The translations under genes were made by a program, and so were the position numbers. From positions 62,001-126,000 of the forward strand of contig JAAOMT010000480.1 of assembly GCA_016748015.1 (NCBI GenBank): a DNA stretch of 64,000 bases, in the 5' to 3' direction. Positions 26,796-37,588 of this stretch are shown here, piece after piece. The stretch is from Geosiphon pyriformis uo1. Lineage: Eukaryota > Fungi > Glomeromycota. The notes below the pieces were generated by a model. The model was not told the DNA's origin. It ran no database searches and saw only the letters and a program-made list of their open reading frames with translations. Within the stretch, counting starts at the first letter, position 1; every line of letters begins with the position of its first letter.

Positions 26796-28656
26796 TTTGA
26801 CGTTATCTCAAGAAACCTAAGGTTTAAGGCTCTTTTTGGTTGATCATTTTACAAATTTCTGTTCACAAGTGGGATTAAGAGTGCAATTCCATTAAATATT
26901 TTATATGTTAATTTCAAAGGTGTTAATTGTGTTAAAATCCGAGAAATTTAAACTAGAATGTTTTAGAAATAAATCATTGTAAAAATATTTTAAATATGAA
27001 AATCATATTTGATTTAAATTTAAAAATCACTCATTATTAAAAATTATTACTTATGTTAAAAATTACAATTTTTAAAATTGTATACAATGGTTTTTTTAAA
27101 TATTTAAGTAAATGTAATTAACTATTATTTATTATTTATAATATAATAATTATAGTTTATGTATTTTTTATATTTAAATTTTATTATATAATATTTAAAA
27201 TTTTTTATAAAATATTAAGTTTATAAACTTTAAATTAACTATTTTAAAAAATATAATAATATATATATTAGCTTTATTAATTTTTTAAATTTTAAATAAT
27301 TTATATTTATTTATAATTTTTAAATTTTTTTATTAATATAATTATAAAAATAATTGTGCAAGGTAAAAAGGCATAAGCACTTATGCAAATACAGAATTAA
27401 TACTAAATTTGTGGTTAAACCTGGTAGAATTGAGACTGTTGGAAAGAGAACTTTCTTTTTTGCTATTAGTGCCTTTGTTGATAATATGATTTGGATTGAA
27501 AATTATTGGACTTTTGCACAATATATTTTGAATATTGTCAGTGAGTTTTTTGTTATTAATAATATTTCAATTAATAATAACAAAATAGTAGTTATCCTTA
27601 TTAATCAAGGTATCAAATCTGCCTCATTTTTAATTAATAATTTGCCAATTTTAATTGCCAAAAAGAGTAAATTACATCATTATTTGGGCATTTTTCTGTC
27701 TATTGAAGGTCTCTTCAAGTCTAGTTTGGCTTAAATTTATGTGGATGTCAGGTTTTTTCTAATATGGTGCTTAGAAAGACAATTACAAACAAACAATTTT
27801 TTTACTTGATTTTGGCTATTTTGCAGTTTATAGTTAGCTATCAGACTCAGTTTAGTTTTATTTCATCAGATGTATATTGCAAATAAGATACTATGATTAG
27901 AAAAGGTTTTAAGTTAAAAGCTGGTCTGTTACACGATTTTCCCAATGAGATTTTGCATCATCTGCTTTTGTATAATCTGAAACCTTTTGAACAAGTACAG
28001 TTTAAAAGAAAATTGGCTTTACTGGTTTCTTTTTTTAATGTCTGTAGTGTTTTTGGGTGATTATTTAATCATAAGTTTTTGGATTTGCAAGTTTTGGTGT
28101 GGTTCTCTTTAAATTTTTTGCAGTTTTTTGTCAAGTTGTGTGTTAGTTCAGTAAATAATTTTTTGGCTGGTGTAGTGAAAATTCTTTTGAAGAATAAGTT
28201 ATCTTTGGCAAACAATTTGCCTAGTGCTTTTTAAGAGCTTAGTAGATTTCTGATGCCTGGCATCTTGAAAAAATCCTTGTATTATGACTCAGTTCTCTCT
28301 TTAAAGCAGTTTGGAGTTGCATTTAATGACAAACTTTTGAACAAAAAGAGAAGAGTGATAGACTGAAAAATATTTTAACAGTAGAAAAAGTTGGATTCAA
28401 AAGACCCTGTTTTTTACTGATTTATATTGGCTTCTGAGTTTATGAGCAATAATATTCTTTTGAAGATTGAGTCTGCTGTTAACTCTGGGTTGCCTATGTT
28501 AGATGTCTTGAATTCTGAGGAATTTTCTGATGTGCATAGTAGTTTGCTAAAGATCTGGTCAGATTGTATAGAAGTTTACACAGATGAATTCTTAAAAAGT
28601 GCTGGTTCTACTAATATGACAAGTGAAGCAGCTGCTTACTTTCTGGCTGTAGATGT

Positions 28657-29628
28657 TGTTACTGGAGGTTTTTGGTTTCTTTTCTGTAATGTTGTTGGTA
28701 CCTGTTTGTTATGAATTCACGTTTTCTGAATGTGGTTAAACCTTCAGTAACTGAATTCTCTCTTCAAATTATCTCCTATAATTTGAATTGCTGGGCTTAT
28801 AAGTGGAATGGCCAATTCCTTGCCAGTTACTTTATGTAGTTATGTTGTAGTAAATGTCAACTCTTTCTCAAGAATTGCTTGTCTGAAAGCTCACTAAAAA
28901 TGTGTAGTTACTTTGCTGTAAAAGTCAACTCTTCTACAGGAATCTCGTCTGTAGACTACCCTAATAATTGTAATAAGAAAAGAGAAAAAAAATAAAAGAA
29001 ATGTAAAAGAAATAGAATTTTATCAAGGAAAACGTTTTCTATCCAGGCTTGGAGTCACTAACAGTTTACTGAAATTGGTAGCTAATCAATTTCAAAACGT
29101 TAGTTGGGTTTTGAGGATTTTTCAAGTGTAATAATTAAAGAATTTGGTTTTTCGAATTATTTGATATTTATTTCTTTTTGTGTGTGTGGAAATGGTTCTA
29201 AGTGACAAATCTAAAGTAAGATACATTTTTTTGAAGAAAAAAACTCTTCTTTTATATAACTTGTTATAGTACTAGTCTATGAACTTGCACTTTTTCTTTT
29301 TGCTCAAATTTCAGCGAACTAAAGATACATTTTGATAAACTACAAGTTATTTTGCTAAACTATTGATTAATTTGGGTGAACTATTCATAATTTCGGCGAA
29401 TTTCTGTAAATTTCGGCAAATTTTAGAATGTTACAAAGTTCAGGGTATTGTGTAATTTGATCATCCTACTTTCTGTTATACTAATTAGATTCTTTTAATT
29501 GAATCGTAATATGTGATAATTGATTAAATAATAAATAATAATTTGAAATGATATTAATATATTAATTAATTATAGGAATTATAAGAGTAATTTCATGCTA
29601 ATTAATAGCTAAAATTCTACTGGTAACA
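28657..29628 (-). repeat. 3' LTR of B (972 bp)
   Basis: Near-identical to 37589-38361; adjacent to the PPT. Confidence 0.93.
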
Positions 29629-30316
29629 TAATCTCCTTCTTAAGACTGAGCTCTGTCGAAGTCCAAGCACTATCTGTAATATTGAGATAGTGATCCAAAA
29701 TAATTGAAGTAATCTGGTCTGAAAATTGTTGAAATTTCAGTTTTGTGAGTTTGCCAATGTATTGGATTTTCATTGATTGAAGTATTGGATTTTGTAGAAC
29801 ATTTTCACAAGTATTAAACAAATCATAGAGTCTAAAAGCTGCTCTAAGTTTGTAGCAAGTGTTTGTTGGTCCAGCTGCTGTTTTGAATTCATTGTGAATT
29901 TGTTTTTGTATAGCTTCAGGAGTGAGATTTGTTGTTTCAAGTTCCAGTTTTTGTTCATAAAGTGTCTTTTCAATGTGAAAGTATTTATAAATAGGAGTGT
30001 ATTCATTGTTCTGTTCATTGAGAAATAGTAGAAGTTTTTGTTGCATTGTAGCATTTAGTGGAATATCAATAGGGGCAATTAAAAGATTTTCTTTTAGTGC
30101 TTGCTTTAAAAGTTTTGGTAACCTATTTTCAGAATGACTTCTCGTTTTTCTTCTATAGGAGTAATAGTTCTGTGAATGATTTGCTACTGGGGCTGTGGTT
30201 TCTTTCTAAATTTAATTAATTTGACTTCCATTAATCATTATGAATAAGTCAAGAAGTGTTTTTAAGGCTAATATTAACTTTTGGAATATTTGTTGAATAT
30301 TTCGGGGAATAATCAT
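29609..30316 (-). pseudogene. ORF3 of B (235 codons, two premature stops at codons 35 and 37), unknown function
   Basis: The ATG at 30316 is in frame with ORF-track 29609-30046. It reads MIIPRNIQQIFQKL...YKLRAAFRLYDLF...IGKLTKLKFQQF...KKEIMLPVEF and stops 20 nt inside the LTR. Confidence 0.7.
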
Positions 30317-30463
30317 GATAAAATTGACTAATTATGAAAAAAGAAAATAAGAAAAATTATTTTTGGGGTATGGGATTTTTATTTGTTTTTGGGTTTGGGT
30401 GTTTTTGTAATTTATTTACTATTTTTTTCTTTTTGTGTTTTTATTGGGGAATTATTGTAAAAT

Positions 30464-31849
30464 TTAAGTGTTCAAGTTTGGTTGTTGTTCTATTATAATT
30501 ATTGGTTCTAAATTTCGGGGAATATCTTCAGAATTAATTAAAGGAGAATGTGTACCAATTTGCGGAATTAATGGTTTGGGATTGTTTCTGGAATGATAGT
30601 GTTTCAATCTGTCTCCATGTGCAACTTTTGCTAGTATTTTGTCATCAAGTCTTAACTTGTATGATTCATTGCCTAGAATTTCGTGAATATAAAATGGTCC
30701 ATCTCATTTGTTTTCAAATTTCCCACTCCATTGTTTTTCAGCCTTAGTTCTGTGTAAGAGAACTTTATTTCCAACTTTAAATTCATTGGTAATAGGTGGT
30801 AATTTGTTGTCATGTCTTTCTTTTTGTTGAGCTTGAGAATATTTAATATGAGTTGCTGCTATTTTTCTTTTTCCTTCCAGTGTACTAAGAAAGGTGTAGA
30901 CTCTTTTTTGGAGTGTTTCTTGAAAGTTTTCTTCATTGATTGGTTGTACTGGGTATGTTTTCACTATGAAATTAATTGGTAATGTTGCTGTTCTTCCATA
31001 AGTAAGATCAAATAGTATGTGTTTTGTAGTATCTTGTTTTAGTGTTCTGTATGTTAGTAACACTGATGGAATAAAGATATCCCATTCCTGCTCAAAGTCT
31101 GTTGAGACTTTGGCTAGAGATTCACACAATGTTCTGTTGAAACGTTCTACAAGTCTATTTGTTTGAGGGTGATAAGGTGATAATAGAAGTTTTTTAACAT
31201 TGAACTGTTCACAAATTTCTTGTATCAAGTTGTTTACAAAATGTGTTCCTTGATCAGATAAGAGTTCAATTGGGCATCTATGTCTACAGATAATGTTTTC
31301 ATAGATGAAATTTGCTACTAATTTTGCATCTGCTCTTTGGATGGCTCTAGTTTCAGGCCATTTGGTAAGATAATCCACTGCAACTGCAATATAACGATTT
31401 TCTTGAGTTGTAATAGGTAATGGTCCAACTAAATCAATTCCAACTCTGTCAAAAGGTTGTCTAACTTTGATTGGATTTAAAGGTTCTGTGGGACGAGTTC
31501 CTTCTCTTTTTTAACAACTATCACAAGATTCTACATATTGTCAAATATCTTTTTGCATGTGAGGCCAAAAATAATGTTTAAGGATTCTTTGAATTGTTCC
31601 ATCTCTTTTCAAGTGTGCTGAAGAAAGATCTGTGTGCATGTTGTATAGAATTGTTTCTTTTTCATTTTCCTGTACTAATCTGAGTGGTTGGTCTGGGTTT
31701 TTACAATTTTTGTAATATATTTTGTTATGGTGTATAAAATATTATTTGGATTGATGTTGTAATCGATGTTTTTCACTTGGAGACCAATTTTCTGGTATAG
31801 TGAGAGTTTCCAAATAGTTTTTGATGTTGTTGTAATTTTCTGGATCCAT
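30464..31849 (-). pseudogene. Integrase ORF of B (HHCC finger, DDE core, GPF module, no chromodomain), with a few nonsense mutations
   Basis: aacaATG GAT CCA at 31849 is in frame with 30704-31378 (DYLTKW, LLSDQGTHF, PYHPQTNRLVERFN). Also MHT..AH..CDSC and GPFYI. Stop at 30464. Confidence 0.88.
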
Positions 31850-31917
31850 TGTTGGTAATCTTGTTGTTTTGTTCTGCTGTTAAGTTTATTGGTGTTTTGT
31901 TGGTGTTGATATTGGTA

Positions 31918-34900
31918 TTAATATTGTCTCATTCTTGAGAGGCTATCAACATTGGTGTGTAGTTTTTCTGGTTTGTGATGTACAATGTATTGGTAATCTG
32001 TTAGGAAGTCATTCCATCGAAACTGTTTGGCACTTTGTTCAGTTTTCTTTTTATTAAGTTATTTGAGACCAATATTGTCAGTTATTATGTCAAATTTTTT
32101 TCCATTCTTTAGGTATTGTTAAAAGTGTTTAAAAGCCCAGATGACTGCAGCAGCTTCCAGTTCAGTTGAGCCATATTTGAGTTTTGTTGGCTTAAGTGTT
32201 CTGCTGGCATAAGCAATAACTTGTTCCTGGCCATTTTCATCTAATTGTAATAAGATGGCACCAAATGCTATGTGTGAAGCATTAGTGACTAATTGAAATT
32301 GTTTGTTAAAGTCTGGGTAGGCAAGAACTGGGGCTGTTGTCAATTTTGTTTTGAGAGTTTTAAAAGCTTTTTGTTGTTTTTCAGTCCATTTGTATGGTAC
32401 GTTTTTGTTGGTAAGATAATTGAGTGGTTTAGCAATTTCTGAGAATTTTTTTATGAAATTTTTGATAGTAAGAGGCTAATCCTATAAATTCTCTTAGTTT
32501 TGTAGTATTTTTGAGAATTTGAAAGTTTTTGACAGCACTGATTGTTCCTGAATTTGGTTTGATTCCATCTTTACTAACTATGTGTCCAAAAAAGATCAAG
32601 CTTGTTTTTTCAAAGTAATATTTCTCAATGTTTAACTTTAATCCTGCTTTTCATAATCATTGAAAAACTTCTCACAGGTAAATGAGATGAGTCTCAAAGC
32701 TTGGTGAGTATACATCAGTGTCATCAAGATAGACAACTACTGATTGCCACAAGAATTCTTTATATACAACATCCATAAGTCACTGGAATGTTGCTGGTGC
32801 ATTACAGAGTCCAAAAGGCATAACATTGAACTCATAGTTTCCTCCCTGGATGGTAAATGCTGTTTTGAATCGATCTTTTGGGTCCATTTCGACTTGTCAG
32901 TATTCGCTTTCCAAGTCTAAAGTTGAGAAGAACTTGGCTTTTCCTAGAGCATCTAGTATGTCATTAATTCTTGGAAAAGGGTAGACATCTCCAATTGTAA
33001 CACTATTCAGTTGTCTATAATTAATACAGAATCTGATTTTTCCGTTTTTTTTTTTAACTAAAACTACTGGTGAGGTCTAAGGACTTCTTGATGGTTGAAT
33101 CAATCCATTATTGAGCATTCTTTGGACCTCTTCTCTTATGAATTGGTGGCTGGCAGGTAGTACTTGATAAGCTTGTTGACATTTTGGTGGAGCATCTCCT
33201 GTATGGATCTGATGTTGAAAAATATCCATTTTTCCCAAGTCATTGTTGTCTTTTGCAAATATATCTGCAAATTCAGCTATCAATTGTTTCAATTGTCTTT
33301 GTTGTTGAGGTTCTAAGAGACCCATGTTGATTTGAGAGAGTTTTTTCTCCAAAAAGTGGTAGTTTTCAGTAGTAGAAATGATATTTGGATTTGGGAGTAG
33401 AGTGTGCTTTACAATTTCGATGAAATTAGAGACAATTTGAGGGTTTTTATCTTAAAAAATATTGCTGTGTATGATTCCAATCTCTAGTTTGTTTAATAAA
33501 ACAATAGGGTAATTATTGGGGTTGTAGAATGTAACTCGAATTTTTTTCATTCCTTTGAGAATATAAACGTTTGGAATTAAGATTTCATGCTTCAAACAGA
33601 TTTGTTCATTGGATTCAAAGATTTGTTGTGTAGTGGTGGGTTTTGAGCAAGTGTAAATTTTGTGATGTTCTCCAAAAGGTGAAATGGTAATTGGCTGGGA
33701 AAGTTGAAGAATCTGGTGAGATTTATTTTGTGTATTAAGAGTTATGTTTACTGGAACTGTAAATTGTCCAGTTGAACCAAAATCTTGAGTTCCTCTTTCA
33801 CTTTTTTCCAATTGTTCTCTGTTGTTTACTGATTGTAAACCCAAAATGTTGATTAAGGGTAAGTAGATTGCTTGAGCAATTTTTTCAGCATGTTCAATTT
33901 TGAATGGTTTGTCTGTCTCATTCTGCAACATGATGGTAATGTCTCTAGTATATCCTGCATCTATAACTCCTCTTCTAATATTGATTCCTTTGCTTGCCAA
34001 TAATGATCTGGAGGCAATTTGAATCATTGCTCCTGGTGAAATTTCAAGAGCAATTTTGAGATTGATTTTTGTCAAGGACTTTGGTTGAAGAATCAAAGTA
34101 TCTTTTTCTGGGTATTTTAAGTCATATCCAGCATCAATTTCGTGTGCTTTTTCTGGTCTGATTCCTTGGCCATGGTTGTTAAAATATTTAAGTTGTAAAG
34201 GTGGTTGCTTTTCAAGAAGATAGATGGAGGTGATTGGTAGTTCTTCTCTTAGTTCAGCTATTCCAAATTCGATTTCATTTTCATCATTCTCATCTGGCAG
34301 AGAAATGCTAAGAGCATAACATTCTAAACACCATTGGTTGTTACAAGGCATAATACATTCTTCACACAATTGAATGTTCATTTGCTCTAATTATTGAATT
34401 TGAGCTTCTTTGGTTAAATATGTGTGGCTTGTAATTTGGTGGTAGGTTTCTACTTCATCTTCATAATCAAATCCAGCTAATTCCATGGTATACTCAATAT
34501 ATTCAGCTTCTTTCATTTGGTGGACATCTTCTTGGGTGGCTCCATTGATCAATGTCATTGTTAGGTCAAAAATCATTTCAGCATTATGAGGGTAGTAGTA
34601 AAGTTTATTGAGAGCACTGTTGTATGCTGCATCAAATAGTGTTCCTCTTCTGACTTTTTTCGAAATTGATAGAACATATTGACAGGTTTGATCACATACT
34701 CCTCCTTTCATTGCTACATCAATCCAATTGCATTCTTCTAGTAGCATTTCTCTACATGTAAGACAAGAAGTTTTGTCCCATTTTCCACTTCTCTTTGGAG
34801 ATCCAAATCGTTCTCTATGGTATGTCTTATAGAAGTAACAAGTGCGAGTTTCGTATTCCTCTTCTGGGGAGATACAGGCTCTCATAAATGAAAGCTTCTT

Positions 34901-37543
34901 TTTGCAATCTTTGCATTTTAGTGGAATGTATGGTGGTTCTTTTTGTGGTTTTGGTGTGGAATATCTAACTTTCTTCCATCCCCTTGATTCTTCAAAAATC
35001 TCTTGTTTTGTTTCCTCAGCCCAATTGGATGGTGATCCAAGAGCCATGTAGGTTTCAATAAGTGGCATTTCCTTCTCTTCTTCAAATTCAAATACTGGAG
35101 CTTTTTCTGATTATTTGTTAAAGGTACCACAGATTGCAGGTATGATGGTATATTGTTTTTGGTATGAGATTTTAAGTTCTTGAGTTTCCCAGTTCAGGTT
35201 TGCATTGGCCTTGAGAAGCCAATCATTTCTGACTAAAGCTTGATATTGGAGTGCATCCATGACAAAAACTTTAACTGGAATGGTGATTCCATCAATTGTA
35301 AAGGGGAAATCATCAATTTCTCATACTGGAGTCTTCTTCATACCATCAGCTGTGACAATAACTGTTTGAGCTGGTCTATCTACATTTCATTTGAGTTGTT
35401 GCATCAGCTGGTAAGTGATGATACTTCCAGCCAATTTACTATCTAAGATTAAGTGAATGGGTTTTCTTTCTACTGTAGCTTCTGTATACATAGCAGTAAT
35501 TGCTTTCTGTTCATTGACTGCTGTATTATTAAGCAGAAATGGTGATTCATTTGCTTCAAATTCAAATGGAAATATATTTGACAGATTGGCATTTTGGGCA
35601 ATTTGAGCTGGTGGAATGGTATGGTTGAAAGGGTTTAACCTTGGTGCTGCAACTTCACCTTCAGAAAGTACAGTTTGTTGAAAATCCAATTCTTCTAGTA
35701 TTGTAAGATAATTGGGTTGAGTGTAATAGTGATTGGGTCTTTGCTGACCAGGATTTCGGGGAACCAACTGGTTATTTGGATTAATTCTGTTGTGGTTACT
35801 CTGCAATTGATTTTGGGGTGTGAATTGGTTATGTTAAACCAATCTTCTTGCTGGTACTTGATATTGTTGAGTGAGTAGTGTCTGATATGGCTGAATTGGT
35901 AAAGGTTGCTAATATTGTTGTTGCATTGGTTGTGGAGCTGGTGGATAGTAACTGTTTTGATTTTGTGGTCTTGGTGAATAATAGGTTGGTGGTGGAGATT
36001 GGTAATAAAATTGTTGTGGTGAAGAGTAACATTGATTACTCCTGTTTTGTTGGTCTCTTTGTAATTTCCTACAATCTCGTTTCCAGTGTTCTGGAATTCC
36101 ACAATAATGACAATTTTGAGGTTGGTTGTTGGATGGTGATCCAAAATTGTTTTGGTTACAGCATTGTGGGAGTTGATATCTTTGTGGTTGTTGTTGCTGT
36201 TTTTGTTGGTTTGTGAAGTAGCTTTCAACTTTTTTTGTGAGTTGGTCTATCTTCTCTTCAGCTGTTGAGCTGGTTTCTCCAATTGCAAGGTTTACAAGCT
36301 TGGTGTGATTTGCTTTTTCCATTGCCATTTCATAGCTCTTTGCATGTCTAATAGCAGTTGCTAAGTCTGTTGGAGCATGTGAACAGACTTTCTTAACTAG
36401 TTTGTCTTTTAACCCTGCTATAAACTGATTCAGAATTTGAGCATCAGAATAGTAGTCATTGGTTTTCAATTGTCGGATTCGTCTGAGAAGTTTGTTAAAT
36501 CTTCCAAGATAGGTCATAACAGTTTCAGATGTTTCTTGTTTGATATTGCGAAAGCAGTTTCTGAGAGTGATAAAGGTATTGTTGTCAGTGAATTGTTGTA
36601 AAAAAGCATCTTTAAATGCTTGCCAGTTTTCAAATGGTTCTTCTAAATTTTCAAACCATTCTTCTGCTGTTCCTTGAAGAAAGTAGAGAATTGCTTTGAG
36701 CATTCTTGCTGCAATCTAACCATTTGCATCTCCTGCTTTTTGAACTTTGTCAAGCCATTCTTGAAGACTAGTATCATTGTCTTCACCAGTGAATTCTGGG
36801 ATTTTTGCAATGTAAGCAGTTGTCATTTCTTTTTCGTTTTCTGTAATTTCTTCTGGTTCTGATTTAGTTTCTTTACTTTTCAAGCTTTTTGAATGATTAC
36901 TTTCGTTTTTCTGTAAGTAATCAATAATATTGGCACTTGTTGATATTGGTTTCTGCTGTTGAGTAGAGTTTCTAGGTGACTGAAAATCTTCTAGTCTGGA
37001 AAAGTGGTTGAGTGGTGAATTTGGTGTTTGTGGTTGAACAAGTAAAATTGGAAATGGTGTAATAGAAAGTGGTAATTTGATACTGGTTTCTTGTTCAGGT
37101 GTTTGCAAGTGTTTGGCAGTTGTCTTTTGTAATGTTGGAGTGTTTGGAGTGGTTTTTGAGTATTGTTTCAATCTTTGTTTGTCTTTGTTGCTTGTTTCTG
37201 TCTTTGATTCAAAGTCAAAAGAGTATTTAGACTGTACTGGGTATTTTTCTTCACAATACTCAATAATGTTAAAATTAAGTTCTTGGAAGTAGGTAGCAAG
37301 TGTTTCACTGTTCAGGTCTTCTGTTCCTAATTGTGAATAGTACACTAAATTATTGTAGAGATTGCTTTTAACTTCTGAAATGTTGTAGTTTCCAAAAAGA
37401 TAATTGTTGATACAATTTTCAATGTATTGGTATACTGATTTCTTTACAACTTCAATTCCATCTGGAATGTTAAATTTTTGTTTGCAGTGAGTGTAAATTG
37501 ACTGGTAATACTCTAGAGTTGCTGTGTCTGGTGTGGTCGCCAC
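31918..37543 (-). pseudogene. gag-pol of B: Gag(CCHC)-protease-Cys-rich insert-dUTPase-RT-RNase H
   Basis: ORF-track pieces 36716-37543, 35909-36703, 35387-35806, 34391-35068, 33452-34381 and 33077-33352 are all in one frame, separated only by point stops. One net frameshift occurs before 32343. RNase H ends HTNVDSLSRMRQY* at 31918. Confidence 0.88.
33767..34198 (-). pseudogene. dUTPase domain within B pol, between protease and RT
   Basis: All five trimeric-dUTPase motifs appear in order: AGYDL, SRSLLA, GVIDAGYT, KIAQAI, ERGTQDFGSTG. Confidence 0.92.
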
Positions 37544-37588
37544 TTTGAATTTGTTGTTGCTGTATTATTTCCATAGGAGAGCACCAAA

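Noticed and set aside
29609-30316. ORF3 as a retroviral env gene
   Set aside because: Too short, with no evident transmembrane anchor, cleavage site or Cys framework; kept as an unknown accessory ORF.
30464-30704. Chromodomain at the integrase C-terminus
   Set aside because: Only a GPF-type module and a short Pro/Ile-rich tail are visible; no chromodomain aromatic pattern.
31918-37543. Stop-codon reassignment or programmed readthrough explaining in-frame stops
   Set aside because: Host genes use TAA/TGA normally. TE stops mostly differ between copies and map to TGG/CAR/CGA by single transitions.
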